A DNA stretch of 64,000 nt. Source: an uncultured Oligoflexia bacterium. GTDB lineage: Bacteria; Bdellovibrionota; Bacteriovoracia; Bacteriovoracales; Bacteriovoracaceae. The DNA is taken from assembly GCA_950061135.1 (NCBI GenBank), contig CATLVU010000002.1, forward strand, positions 3-64,002, written 5' to 3'. Within the stretch, counting starts at the first letter, position 1. Each line of letters starts with the position of its first letter. The position numbers were made by a program, and so were the translations under genes. The notes under the pieces were generated by a model. It was not told the origin of the DNA. It saw only the letters and a program-made list of their open reading frames with translations, and did no database searches. Below are positions 26,944-36,907 of this stretch, piece after piece.

Positions 26944-27738
26944 TTATTTAAAATCTTGAGTATAGTCAGTTACAACTTGTAATGTCATATTCCAGCAACT
27001 CGCTGTTCGAACAATTTTCTCTGCAGGACAATAAGTATCGTTGGCCTGGCATGTACTATCAGATTTAACATCTTCCACTTCTACTGTAGTACCGAATTGG
27101 CTTTGATTTCTTAAGTGTCCAAGGTCAACTACGTTTGAACAACTATCTACATTGATAGGATCAATAAAACGTGATTGATAACGAGGCCCTAAGTAGAACC
27201 CAGACTGACATTTAGTCGAATCACTAGGATCAACTGTATCACAAAGAATATCTCTTAAGTGAATTCTAAAACGTAGTTTTGTATAAACATATGGGTCTGC
27301 TGCAAGACCTGTCTCGCGGCCGTAACAATATTCATCACCTTTAGTTGGATAAGGCTGAGACTTTACTTTTACTCTAACTCTTAGTTTGTTATCTGATTTA
27401 AAAAGAATACTTGCTTCTCTTAATGTTGGCATCGTTTGTTGTGCTAGTGGGTCAGAGTATTCACCAGGAACCCATGGTTGATGTCCAGCTACTAGCATAT
27501 CGAAATGATGAATCGGATATCCACTTCCTTCGCCATCACTGGTACTACCGGAACAAGATCCATAAGAGCCACCACTGCCTCCACTTCCAGAGCCACTGCT
27601 ACCAGTTCCGGATCCGCTACCTGACCCTCCTCCACTTGAAGAGGAGCTAGAGCTGCTGCTAGAGTCCTTCTCGGGTAAGCAAGCGCTCAGACTTATTAAA
27701 AGTCCAATAATAAAGATATTTTTTAATAGTGATTTCAT
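26944..27738 (-). CDS. lipoprotein with a long Ser/Gly linker and a Cys-rich globular domain
   Basis: Lipobox LSAC, a ~48-aa Ser/Gly tract, then about 190 aa containing 9 Cys. Its stop abuts the convergent DUF2147 stop (TAATTA). Confidence 0.6.
   Translation of the reverse strand: MKSLLKNIFIIGLLISLSACLPEKDSSSSSSSSSSGGGSGSGSGTGSSGSGSGGSGGSYGSCSGSTSDGEGSGYPIHHFDMLVAGHQPWVPGEYSDPLAQQTMPTLREASILFKSDNKLRVRVKVKSQPYPTKGDEYCYGRETGLAADPYVYTKLRFRIHLRDILCDTVDPSDSTKCQSGFYLGPRYQSRFIDPINVDSCSNVVDLGHLRNQSQFGTTVEVEDVKSDSTCQANDTYCPAEKIVRTASCWNMTLQVVTDYTQDFK
27520..27663 (-). repeat. low-complexity Ser/Gly-coding tract (imperfect, not an exact tandem repeat)
   Basis: Encodes SSSSSSSSSSGGGSGSGSGTGSSGSGSGGSGGSYGSCSGSTSDGEGSG. 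It is the locally most GC-rich stretch in this part of the window. Confidence 0.6.
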
Positions 27739-27885
27739 TTTAATCCTTCCTATTAATTCTTATAACTTATCGGCAATTAAGAAATTTTATTTAAGTTTTA
27801 GGGTAAAAAAATGAAAAAAAGAGCAAAATAGTCGGCAAAAACTGCAGATTTGCCAAAAGTGTAGTCATTTAATAGACTTTAATAG

Positions 27886-28650
27886 ATGAAGAATAGAAGC
27901 TTTCACGATATTATTACTGCCTTAGTTCCAAGAATTTATGATTTCTCATTTTCAATCTGTGCAGATACTACTAAAGCAGAGTTATTAGTGATCGATGGCC
28001 ACACAGCAGTTATGGTATCAAATCAAGTTCAAGTTGAACAAATTCAAGAACTTGTAGATGATGAGACAATCAAAACAACAAAAATAAAGAAGCTGCTATA
28101 TAAAAGTATTGTTCAAGAAATAATAAAAATTAGTACTCATTTTACTCCAGTTGCAACAAACTCCGCTTTTGATAAATTATCCAGCTTGGAAAAAGCTTAT
28201 ATTTTTCTAAAGTATAAAGAGCAATATTGTTTTGAAGAACTGCTGGAGACTTTGGATATGTCACGTGTTCAGCTTATAGAGCTTTCTTATCAAATAAACT
28301 ACAAGCTCGACTTACATGTTTTTGAAAGAAAAGAAGAAAAACAAATTATAGCAACAAAAAGCAGTTATGGTGATTCTTCTCAGCTAGTATTATTGAATGA
28401 TTCTTGCAGTAAGGATAATAAAGTTTTACTTGAAAAAGAGAATAAGGAAATTGAGCTTATCGAGCTTAAGCTGAAGAGAGAAAAACTGCTAAAAAGTCTT
28501 ATTCCTCAAGGAAGACTGAATGAAAGTTTAAAGGATCGAATTACTAGTGAATTAGAAAGTATCACTAGAAGTTTTATTCCTGAAAATAAACTTTACCGTA
28601 TTCAAAAAAGAGTTGTGAAGTTTATGACAACACCAGTGATTGAAATCTAA
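27886..28650 (+). CDS. divergent ECF-sigma-like protein with a coiled-coil C-terminal extension
   Basis: Region-2-like FHDIITALVPRIYDFSFSICADTTKAELLVIDGHTAV and region-4 HTH-like LSSLEKAYIFLKYKEQYCFEELLETLDMSRVQLIELSYQINYKL. Weak, pattern-level only. Confidence 0.4.
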   Translation: MKNRSFHDIITALVPRIYDFSFSICADTTKAELLVIDGHTAVMVSNQVQVEQIQELVDDETIKTTKIKKLLYKSIVQEIIKISTHFTPVATNSAFDKLSSLEKAYIFLKYKEQYCFEELLETLDMSRVQLIELSYQINYKLDLHVFERKEEKQIIATKSSYGDSSQLVLLNDSCSKDNKVLLEKENKEIELIELKLKREKLLKSLIPQGRLNESLKDRITSELESITRSFIPENKLYRIQKRVVKFMTTPVIEI

Positions 28651-28652
28651 AG

Positions 28653-29393
28653 CTAATAAGTTCGAAGAGAAAATAAAATATTAAATTCTCCATTTTTTGT
28701 TAATAGCACTTTTGGAGGATTTGGTAGTCCATTAATTCTTTGCAAAAGGGCGACAAAAAACTCTTGAAAGTCTTTATTTTGCGACCATTTTACAGAATGA
28801 ATTTTAAGAATGTTTCCGTCTGAATCAAATGTTAGTTTTCCCAGTACATGCTCTGTATCTTTACTTGGAAATCTTTTGCCAAGGTTATTTTTTTGAAAGT
28901 TTTGTAATTCTAAAAGATATGAGTTTACGTACTTAGTTGCAACTCTTCTTTGAAATCCATAAATAATTTGTTCTATTTTGTTGAGCTCATCTTCTTTAAC
29001 TCCTTCGGGGACCTCAAACTCAAGATTGATATCTGAAAGATCAGATAATGATTTGTGCGATCTGGCCCTGGAAGCAGTAATTTTTTTTCGCAAGGATGAT
29101 ATTTCTTTGAATGGTATTTTTCTTTTGGAGTCGGCTGTTGGCTGAACTTTTGAAATGGAGGTGTTTTTTATACTTAAGTCTTTAAAACTCAAGTTTTCGG
29201 CCTTAGACTCTTTTGGTTTTAAGTAGACTAAGTTTTTCTTTTTAGCTTTTTGTTCTCCAACGATACGGTTTATTTTAAATCTATGATCATTAGAGGCTGT
29301 CTCGGTCTTATCGAGATTTGATATTAAAGCAATGGCGATGGTATGTATCACTAGGCTTGCAAAAATAAATGGATAAAGCTTGAGCGTTCTCAT
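28653..29393 (-). CDS. TonB-family energy-transducer-like protein
   Basis: The N-terminal TM carries the TonB SxxxH signature (ASLVIHTIAI). A Lys-rich linker follows, then a C-terminal TonB_C-like GKLTFDSDGNILKIHSVKWSQNKDFQEFFVALLQRI. Confidence 0.55.
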   Translation of the reverse strand: MRTLKLYPFIFASLVIHTIAIALISNLDKTETASNDHRFKINRIVGEQKAKKKNLVYLKPKESKAENLSFKDLSIKNTSISKVQPTADSKRKIPFKEISSLRKKITASRARSHKSLSDLSDINLEFEVPEGVKEDELNKIEQIIYGFQRRVATKYVNSYLLELQNFQKNNLGKRFPSKDTEHVLGKLTFDSDGNILKIHSVKWSQNKDFQEFFVALLQRINGLPNPPKVLLTKNGEFNILFSLRTY

Positions 29394-29586
29394 CTAGCAA
29401 AGTATACCAAGTTTTAAGCAAAATTTCTTTATTTATGAAGAAAGAACAGTCTCCTAAGTACCTGAATACTGGTGGGATAATTTTCCTATCTTGACGTATC
29501 TACTACATAATTGAGAAAATAAGCACGTCTGTTATATAAATGAAATTTAATGGGCCATCAAGTAATCAATAAATGTTAAGGAAGAC

Positions 29587-30963
29587 ATGAAAAGATTAAT
29601 AAGTAACAAAACACTCTATTTTTTTATTACCATTGCTGCTGTTGTTGGAGCAGGTACCAGCTACCAGATTTATAGCAATACAATGAACCAGGCAAGACAG
29701 GCCCAAGCGCTTGATGGACTTAATACTTGCTCTAAAAGAGTATATCAATCATTTACAGCTTTGATGATCAGAGATTTAGGTTCTCCTTTTTTAAGCTCAG
29801 AGTTTAAAAATACTACAGATGCTTGTTTTAACCAGGTAGGGAAAATATTAAGTACGGCTTCTATCTCAAAAATTACAGGGAAAATTCTAAATAATATAAC
29901 TTCTGATGTTCATTGGTTTTATAAGAAAATCAATAAAATTATAGAGTTAAATGAACAATCATATATTGAAATTTCACAATCAAATGTTGCTACAAAGTTT
30001 GAAGATGTAGAGTCTTTAATTGAAAAGTTTAAAACGGAACTTGCCGCAGATGTTACTGTGGTTGCCAATCAGCAAAACCTATTATTGGTGGCTTTTGGAT
30101 GTTCTCAATTATTGTTAGTTTTTTCTTTGATAAGTCTATGGGTAATGTCTCGCTTGAGAGAAAAAGAGTTGAGTCTTTTAAATGAAAGATGTAAGCAAAG
30201 CAATTTTTCAGCAAATGCTGATTTCGTTAACATCATTATGCCAAAACTAGTTCCAGATCATTCTTATATTGCTAATTCAATTAGACAATTTACATCAATG
30301 CAGGAAAATAAAATTAACAACTATGAAACAGCTTTGTTAAAGTTGAATACTGAGTCTCCAACGAGAATAGAGCTAAATCTTGATGAGTTAATAAATGAAG
30401 AAAGGGAAAATAAAGAACAAGTTAAATTAGAAGAGAAGCCTATTGCTAATTTTCATAAAGTTGTAACAAGATCTTTAACTAAAATTCAAAGTAAGGCTTT
30501 TGAGAAGGGAATTATTATTGACTCTAATCTTGCGGAAGATTTTAATGTTTATGCCCAAGAGGAGGCTTTAGAGTCTCTTGTTTATCATAGTTTAATGCTA
30601 GCAATTGGAAAGTCAGCTTCAGAAGGAAACAAAATAGTTCTACGTAGTAAGCCTTTAGGCGGTATTGCTTATTATAAAATTCAAATGTCACATAGTCATT
30701 TTTCTAATGATGAGATTAACTTTTTAAATGGTAGGGAAGTAGAGTCTGAAGAAATTGATAGTAACTTATTATCACTAAAGGAATTACTAAAACAAACCTT
30801 TGCAAATGTAGCGATTAGAAATAAACAAAACCAAGAAGGCAGCTCTGGAGAAATTGAGTTTATTTTTGAGCGTCACAAAGAAGCTATAAGAAATTTAAAA
30901 TCAACAACAAGTATGAAAGGTAATAAAGAAGAAATTAGAAGGTTCTTAAGTTCAAATAACTAG
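29587..30963 (+). CDS. membrane protein, distant paralog C of the pseudo-kinase family
   Basis: Same plan as 2017..3606 and 6956..8017: N-terminal anchor, ~150-aa periplasmic region, TM (LLLVAFGCSQLLLVFSLISLWV), and an HATPase-like C-terminus (EALESLVYHSLMLAIGKS...NVAIRNKQNQEGSSGEIEFIFE). It lacks an H-box. Confidence 0.5.
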   Translation: MKRLISNKTLYFFITIAAVVGAGTSYQIYSNTMNQARQAQALDGLNTCSKRVYQSFTALMIRDLGSPFLSSEFKNTTDACFNQVGKILSTASISKITGKILNNITSDVHWFYKKINKIIELNEQSYIEISQSNVATKFEDVESLIEKFKTELAADVTVVANQQNLLLVAFGCSQLLLVFSLISLWVMSRLREKELSLLNERCKQSNFSANADFVNIIMPKLVPDHSYIANSIRQFTSMQENKINNYETALLKLNTESPTRIELNLDELINEERENKEQVKLEEKPIANFHKVVTRSLTKIQSKAFEKGIIIDSNLAEDFNVYAQEEALESLVYHSLMLAIGKSASEGNKIVLRSKPLGGIAYYKIQMSHSHFSNDEINFLNGREVESEEIDSNLLSLKELLKQTFANVAIRNKQNQEGSSGEIEFIFERHKEAIRNLKSTTSMKGNKEEIRRFLSSNN

Positions 30964-31400
30964 CTGAGGATTTTGACTTTATCCTTTAAGTCGTTAACGA
31001 TTACTTCTAAGATTTTTTTCTGAAATTCTGAAGCACTACAGGGCTTTCTAATAATATGTTTGACCATTAACTCCTTACTCTTTTGAACTGTTTCTACTGT
31101 CAAGTTTTTGCTTGTTAAAACTAAGTTCGAACGGATTTGAGTAACAGTACTTTTTTCAAATTTCCGATGTAAAGATATAAACTCATAGCATGAAAGTTTT
31201 GGAATTTCTAAGTCTGCTACAATGATGTCATAGTTTTGTTTTTCAGACTTCATTTTACCAACCACTCCATCAGCGGCCTCTGATATCGTTGTAAAAACCT
31301 TAAGTTTTTCTAGGCTTTCCTTAAATTGGTTCCTTACAAAGTGGTCACTGTCGATAAGTAGAATATTAATTTTTTTGTTTGGCTTTACGACTAGTTTCAT
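30960..31400 (-). CDS. stand-alone response-regulator receiver domain protein
   Basis: The ATG at 31400 has the RBS AAGGTGG. Receiver pattern ILLIDSD...YDIIVADLEIPKLSCYEFI...LVLTSK...IIRKP. Its stop shares a CTAG with the convergent gene. Confidence 0.7.
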   Translation of the reverse strand: MKLVVKPNKKINILLIDSDHFVRNQFKESLEKLKVFTTISEAADGVVGKMKSEKQNYDIIVADLEIPKLSCYEFISLHRKFEKSTVTQIRSNLVLTSKNLTVETVQKSKELMVKHIIRKPCSASEFQKKILEVIVNDLKDKVKILS

Positions 31401-31452
31401 TGCCCACCTTTTTAAAAATCTAAAATAAGTATACATCTTTACTGTATTATTG

Positions 31453-31467
31453 TTAAGCAGTGCTTAA
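31453..31467. promoter_or_regulatory. perfect 15-bp palindrome TTAAGCAgTGCTTAA in a divergent promoter region (candidate operator)
   Basis: Read directly from the sequence. It lies between the receiver gene start (31400) and the MATE gene start (31571). Confidence 0.3.
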
Positions 31468-31570
31468 TTGATATTTTGTCTTTTTTAATATTTTTCGTAA
31501 TTTAAGTTATTTACGGCTTCGTGTGAGATGTGTATTCAATTCGTGAGTAAGCAAATATAATCGAATACTT

Positions 31571-32923
31571 ATGAACGAAAAAGACTTAACAACATCTCCT
31601 ATTTTGAAGACATTGTTTGAAATGGCATTTCCTATGAGTTGGGGGATTTTATCTGTTATTGGTTTTAATATTGTAGATACATATTTTATAGGTCAGCTTG
31701 GAAAGGTTCAGCTGGCAGCAATTGGACTTACTTTTCCTGTAATTATGTTTTTTTTTAGTCTGGCTTTAGGTATTGGGGTTGCAATATCATCTGTCGTTTC
31801 AAGGTATATTGGGGAGAAAAATGAATCTAAGATTAAAGAAATCACTACCGACGCATTGATATTTTCTTTTATTTTGGTGGCGATTTGTTCAGTCTTTGGT
31901 TTTAAATATATTGATCCACTTTTCACTCTTTTAGGAGCGACAAAAGAGACGCTTTTGTATGTTAGAGAATATATGCAAATTTGGTACGCTGGGATGGTAT
32001 TTTTAACTGTTCCCATGGCGGGTAATGGAGCGATTAGGGCCAAAGGACAGATGAAGGTTGCCTCTGCTATTATGATAACCTCTGCTATTTTTAATATTAT
32101 CCTAGATCCTATTTTGATTTTTGGTATCGGACCTATTCCTGCTCTAGGAGTGCAAGGAGCAGCATTGGCTTCTGTTTGTGCAAGAGCAATGACATTTTTA
32201 GCTTCTTTTTATTTTTTACATTTTAAATTTGGAATGCTTCAAATAAAGGCTTTTAGTTTTTCTCGGTTTATATCTTCTATGAAAGAGATACTAAAAATTG
32301 CGATACCAACTTGGGGGAGTAATTTTTTAACTCCAGTTTCAATGGCGTTAGTTACGGCCCTTATTGCAAGAATTGGTGAAAACAGTATGGCGGCTTTTGC
32401 GATCGTTAACAGAGTAGAGTCATTCGCTTTAATTTTTATTTTAGCAATATCAAGTTCAATAGGCCCTATGGTAGGGCAAAATTTTGGAGCACAAAAAATA
32501 GGAAGGATTAAAAGAGCAATATCGAGTAGCTTTTTATTGGCCTTTGTTTGGGGGACAATTGTCTCATTTCTTTTTTTACTACGACCTGATTTTATAGTTG
32601 GGATCTTTAATGACGATCCAAAAGTGATCAACCAAGGAGTTTGGTATTTTAAAATTGTTCCAATTACTTTTGGCTTTTTTGGAATGCGCTTAATTGTTAG
32701 TTCTGCTCTAAATGCAATGGGAAAAGCATATATCTCAACGTTATTAACCGGTGTTAACCTTATTATTCTTTATATACCTTTTGTTTTTCTTGGAATTTAT
32801 TTCGCAGACTTAAAAGGTGTTTTTTATGCACAAGCAGTTAGTAATCTTGTGATCGGTATTATAAGCTATTTTTTAATAAAAAAAATCTTACTCACAGGCG
32901 GACATCAGGTTGATCAAAACTAA
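31571..32923 (+). CDS. MATE-family efflux transporter
   Basis: 450 aa with 12 TMs. N-terminal ILKTLFEMAFPMSWGILSVIGFNIVDTYFIGQLG is typical of NorM-type MATE proteins. Confidence 0.85.
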   Translation: MNEKDLTTSPILKTLFEMAFPMSWGILSVIGFNIVDTYFIGQLGKVQLAAIGLTFPVIMFFFSLALGIGVAISSVVSRYIGEKNESKIKEITTDALIFSFILVAICSVFGFKYIDPLFTLLGATKETLLYVREYMQIWYAGMVFLTVPMAGNGAIRAKGQMKVASAIMITSAIFNIILDPILIFGIGPIPALGVQGAALASVCARAMTFLASFYFLHFKFGMLQIKAFSFSRFISSMKEILKIAIPTWGSNFLTPVSMALVTALIARIGENSMAAFAIVNRVESFALIFILAISSSIGPMVGQNFGAQKIGRIKRAISSSFLLAFVWGTIVSFLFLLRPDFIVGIFNDDPKVINQGVWYFKIVPITFGFFGMRLIVSSALNAMGKAYISTLLTGVNLIILYIPFVFLGIYFADLKGVFYAQAVSNLVIGIISYFLIKKILLTGGHQVDQN

Positions 32924-34958
32924 AAATAGAAGTGATTACCTTTTTCTTTTTATTCTAAAACTATTTAAAGGATATTTTCTTTATTTAGTTATTTTTTTCT
33001 TATTAAGATTAGGGTTTTTATTATTTTTTGGACGAGAGTACCTTTCTCTGGATTATCAACTAGACTTATTAAAGGCTTTTTATGTAGGAATTAAATATGA
33101 TACTGTCGTTTGGTCATATCTTTCTCTGCCATTTTTTATTTTGTCTATTGTTGTTTCAAGCTTTAAATCAGTTAAATTTTTTAATCTATTTCAGTGGTTT
33201 TGCAAGCAATACTTTAAATTGGTAATTTTACTTTGTTTATTGATTGTCATCGTTGATTATAGTTTTTTTTCATTTTTTCAAGATCATATTAATATCCTTA
33301 TTTATGGGTTTTTTGAAGATGATACTAACGCTTTAATTGAATCGATTTTTAAAAATTACAAAGCACCATTAATTATTACTTCGGGCGTAATTATTTTTGC
33401 TTCTTTATTAATTCATTTTTTTATGAATAGTATTTTTAAAAAAGCAAAAGCTTCGCCTTCATGGATTCATGGTGGCTTTTTAAAGTTCATCTTTTTGATC
33501 TTTTTTGTTTTTGTTCTCTATGGTGGCGGTTTAAGAGGTGGTTATGGAGATTTAGTTTTAGCTCCTCAATACTCTGATTTCTCAAAAGTAGAATTTATTA
33601 ATCAAATGGCCTATAACGGTGTGATTGCACTAGAAAAAACGGTCAAACTCAGAAATGAGACTGAACATAAAGATTATTCTTTATTAGAGAAATACGGGTA
33701 TAAAGGACAAGAGCATAAGGCATTTGGCGACTATTTAGGGATGGAAGTTATAACCAAAAACAAAGATGAGCTAATTAGCCTGTTAAAAAGAACTACTAGC
33801 GAAAATCCTGTATTGGAAAAATCACCACCTCATGTTGTAGTTCTTGTTATGGAAAGTTTTGGTGCTAATTGGATAAAATATAATAATGAAAAATTTGATT
33901 TTTTAGGTGAACTGAAAAAGCACATTGATCAAGACATTTATTTTCCAAATGTGATCTCATCTGGGGCAGGAACGATTGGTTCTATGCTCGTCTTAGGTAC
34001 AAATATTCCTCACCGAGCTGGAATAAGATTTATTTCAGAGAGCAAACATTTAAATAAGAATCTAGCCTCTTCAAGCAATAAGCCTTATGAGAAAAATGGT
34101 TACAAGACACATTTTATTTATGGAGGGAAGCTTGGATGGCGTTCAATAGGACGGTATTTTAAAACTCAAGGTTTTCATAATATTGTCGGTGAAAACGAAA
34201 TCATTAATACGTTGGGGCTCCAGAAAAACTATGGTACAGAGTGGGGATTATTTGATGAGCATTTACTTAACTATATATATAAAATATTAAGCGAGTCTAA
34301 TACGCCTCAATTTATTTTGGCACTTTCAACTAGTAATCATCCTCCCTTTGAAATACCTAAAAGTCATCCATCTCCAGACTTACAAATACCAAGTAAGTTA
34401 CAACAAAAAATAACTAGAGAAGAAGACCTTTTTTTGAAAAGGTTTAAAGCTTTCGAATACTCAAATCAAAAGCTTGCACAATTTCTTTCTCAAATAAAGT
34501 CTGGTGATTTAAAAGATAAAACTGTCGTTTCTTTTACTGGAGACCATAACTTTTGGGGATTTATGAATTATGACCTTGAAGAGGCCTATTCAAAATATCT
34601 CGTACCTTTTTATATCTACGCTCCTGAATCATTATTACCAACAGAGATTAACCAAAATAAAATTGGTGCACATGAAGATATTATGACTACGCTTTATAAT
34701 TTGACGCTCTCTAAGACTGAATATCTCACATGGGGGGACAATTTACTCGCCCTAGGAAAATCTAATGCTTTAGGGCCTGGCATTTATGCTAATCATGATG
34801 GTGTTTATTATAAAAAGAAGTTTTATAACTGGAAAGATGGAGTATTACTGAATCAAGAATATGGGACGAAAGATCAAGCACAAAAATGGGAAAAAGATTT
34901 TAAGGCAATTTTTAGTACTGCCGATTTTTATTTAGATTCGTTTGATTCAGCTAAATAA
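32910..34958 (+). CDS. LTA-synthase-family sulfatase-type transferase (phosphoglycerol/phosphoethanolamine transferase-like)
   Basis: Five or more N-terminal TMs plus an extracytoplasmic sulfatase domain (VVLVMESFGANW...TSNHPPF...FTGDHN). The TTG start is uncertain. Confidence 0.75.
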   Translation: MIKTKNRSDYLFLFILKLFKGYFLYLVIFFLLRLGFLLFFGREYLSLDYQLDLLKAFYVGIKYDTVVWSYLSLPFFILSIVVSSFKSVKFFNLFQWFCKQYFKLVILLCLLIVIVDYSFFSFFQDHINILIYGFFEDDTNALIESIFKNYKAPLIITSGVIIFASLLIHFFMNSIFKKAKASPSWIHGGFLKFIFLIFFVFVLYGGGLRGGYGDLVLAPQYSDFSKVEFINQMAYNGVIALEKTVKLRNETEHKDYSLLEKYGYKGQEHKAFGDYLGMEVITKNKDELISLLKRTTSENPVLEKSPPHVVVLVMESFGANWIKYNNEKFDFLGELKKHIDQDIYFPNVISSGAGTIGSMLVLGTNIPHRAGIRFISESKHLNKNLASSSNKPYEKNGYKTHFIYGGKLGWRSIGRYFKTQGFHNIVGENEIINTLGLQKNYGTEWGLFDEHLLNYIYKILSESNTPQFILALSTSNHPPFEIPKSHPSPDLQIPSKLQQKITREEDLFLKRFKAFEYSNQKLAQFLSQIKSGDLKDKTVVSFTGDHNFWGFMNYDLEEAYSKYLVPFYIYAPESLLPTEINQNKIGAHEDIMTTLYNLTLSKTEYLTWGDNLLALGKSNALGPGIYANHDGVYYKKKFYNWKDGVLLNQEYGTKDQAQKWEKDFKAIFSTADFYLDSFDSAK

Positions 34959-35921
34959 TTTTTTATGCCTAAGATACATATCGGCGAGTACAATAATCGC
35001 CATGCTCTCAACAACTGGAAGAACTCTAGGTAAAATACATGGATCATGTCTTCCCTCGAGTGCCTTTTGACCTACCGTAGATGGGGCCTTAAACACTAGA
35101 TCAAAATATATATCTTCCCCATTTGAGATTCCCCCTTCAATGCCTGAGAAGTTTTTGCTGTCATTTGAGATTTCTGTTCCAAGTTTTGTGATAAAGTCTT
35201 CACCTAGTCCAAAGCTTATTCCCATACACGAGCCAATACTTAACATTCCATGAGATAAAACAGCTTTTAATTTATCAAAAACTGGTTCTCCTAATCCCAC
35301 AGGACAGCCTTTGATAATAGTTCTAACTTTTCCCCCGCAAGATTCACCTTTCTCTTTAAGATTGAGAAGATAATTTTCAACTTCATCATCAAAAGTTGAG
35401 TCGATAAGGCCTAATTGGCTTGATGGATTAAAGTTTGAAAAATGATATTCTCCAAGAGCGCTGATATAGCTATCTACTTGTATTTGAGAGATTATTAATG
35501 ATGCAAAGTATCCAGCGATAACCCTTGAGACTGTTTCTCTTCCACTTGCTCTTCCACCACCACGATGATCTCGATGTCCATATTTTAATTCAGTAGTTTT
35601 ATCAGCATGGCCTGGGCGATATTCACTTTTTAATTTTTCATAATCTTTTGATTTTTGATTGGTATTACGAACAAGAACAGTAATAGGAGTGCCTAAGGTT
35701 TTATTTTCAAAAATACCAGAAATGATTTCGCATTGATCTTGCTCATTTCTTGGTGTCGACACTTTTAAGCGTCCAGGTCGTCTTCTATCTACAAACTTTT
35801 GAAGGTCATTTAGATTAAACTCAATATTGGATGGCATTCCATCAATAACAACACCAAGACCTGCGCCATGAGACTCACCAAATGTTGTTACTTTGAATAA
35901 TGTTCCAAAGGTATTGCTCAT
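34947..35921 (-). CDS. aroC: chorismate synthase
   Basis: FGTLFKVTTFGESHG, RPGHAD and GGGRASGRET signatures. At 324 aa it is on the short side. Confidence 0.9.
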   Translation of the reverse strand: MSNTFGTLFKVTTFGESHGAGLGVVIDGMPSNIEFNLNDLQKFVDRRRPGRLKVSTPRNEQDQCEIISGIFENKTLGTPITVLVRNTNQKSKDYEKLKSEYRPGHADKTTELKYGHRDHRGGGRASGRETVSRVIAGYFASLIISQIQVDSYISALGEYHFSNFNPSSQLGLIDSTFDDEVENYLLNLKEKGESCGGKVRTIIKGCPVGLGEPVFDKLKAVLSHGMLSIGSCMGISFGLGEDFITKLGTEISNDSKNFSGIEGGISNGEDIYFDLVFKAPSTVGQKALEGRHDPCILPRVLPVVESMAIIVLADMYLRHKKLFS

Positions 35922-36907
35922 TGAATACCTCGTATAAAATATAGATCTTTATCTAGTGTGAACTTAATTGTCCCTCTTTGCTTGGATGGAGAGTAAGCAC
36001 GTAGTTTTTTATTATCGATTTCAAGAAGATTTGAATAATAATGTCCCTTAAACTTTGACTCAAGTACTTTTGCTTTATACTCACCATCTTGCGAGATATG
36101 AATTTGATCAGGTCTAATCAAGAAAACTATTTCATCACTAATATCTTCTAGCTGTTCATCATCAAGAGAGTAAGGTCGGTTAAATATTTCAATTTTATTA
36201 CTAGAGCACATTATTGGATTACTCATTGCTAAAACTTTTGCCGTGAAAATATTGGGAGGACTAAAATATAGATCGTTTATATTTCCATAGGCGACCATTT
36301 CTCCATGATTAAGAATCAAAGTCTCTTGTGCATACTCAAGAACAAATGCAATATCATGAGTCACCCATATTGAAGCAATATCTTTGTCCTTTAAATATTC
36401 ATTTATAAGGCTCATGATTTCATCACGAAGAGTGAAGTCTATATTAGAAAAGGGTTCATCAAAAAGAGCAATCGTAGGATTTTCGTTGAAAAACTTAACA
36501 AGACATAAGCGCTGTTTTTGTCCTGTTGATAGTGTGTTTACATTTTGATGAATTTCATTTGTAAGTTCAAAATAGGAGAGGTTACTTCGAATTAAGTTTT
36601 CACTCTCTTCAGGAGCTATATCATCCTTTATACTCTCTGTGAGGTATTGAAATACTGAAATATTAATATCATTCTCAAGCTCGGTATTGAGCTTAACTAT
36701 TTTTTGAGACGAATCACAGTTTATAATTCCTGAGTCTGAATCAAACTCTTGGGCCAGAAGGTTTAGCAAAGTTGTTTTTCCTGATCCAGATGGGCCTACA
36801 ATAAAAAGTTTTTCATTAGCTTTAAGATTAAAAGATATATCGCTTACGCCTTTAACTGAGCGCTGATCGTATCTTTTTGTCAATTTGCTCACATTTAAGA
36901 TGGTCAT
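35918..36907 (-). CDS. ABC transporter ATP-binding protein (PotA/FbpC-like with a TOBE-like C-terminus); no permease in the window
   Basis: Walker A GPSGSGKTT, signature LSTGQKQRL and Walker B LFDEPFSNID. Overlaps aroC by 4 nt and the MFS gene by 56 nt. Confidence 0.85.
   Translation of the reverse strand: MTILNVSKLTKRYDQRSVKGVSDISFNLKANEKLFIVGPSGSGKTTLLNLLAQEFDSDSGIINCDSSQKIVKLNTELENDINISVFQYLTESIKDDIAPEESENLIRSNLSYFELTNEIHQNVNTLSTGQKQRLCLVKFFNENPTIALFDEPFSNIDFTLRDEIMSLINEYLKDKDIASIWVTHDIAFVLEYAQETLILNHGEMVAYGNINDLYFSPPNIFTAKVLAMSNPIMCSSNKIEIFNRPYSLDDEQLEDISDEIVFLIRPDQIHISQDGEYKAKVLESKFKGHYYSNLLEIDNKKLRAYSPSKQRGTIKFTLDKDLYFIRGIQ

Noticed and set aside
27520-27663. Ser/Gly-coding tract considered as a true tandem DNA repeat or contingency locus
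   Set aside because: Codon usage within the tract is mixed (agc/tcc/gga/ggt/act...), so the DNA is not an exact tandem repeat. It is reported only as low complexity.
31708-32631. Minus-strand ORFs of 111 aa and 130 aa inside the MATE transporter gene
   Set aside because: They are shadow ORFs of a hydrophobic membrane-protein gene. They have no independent signals.
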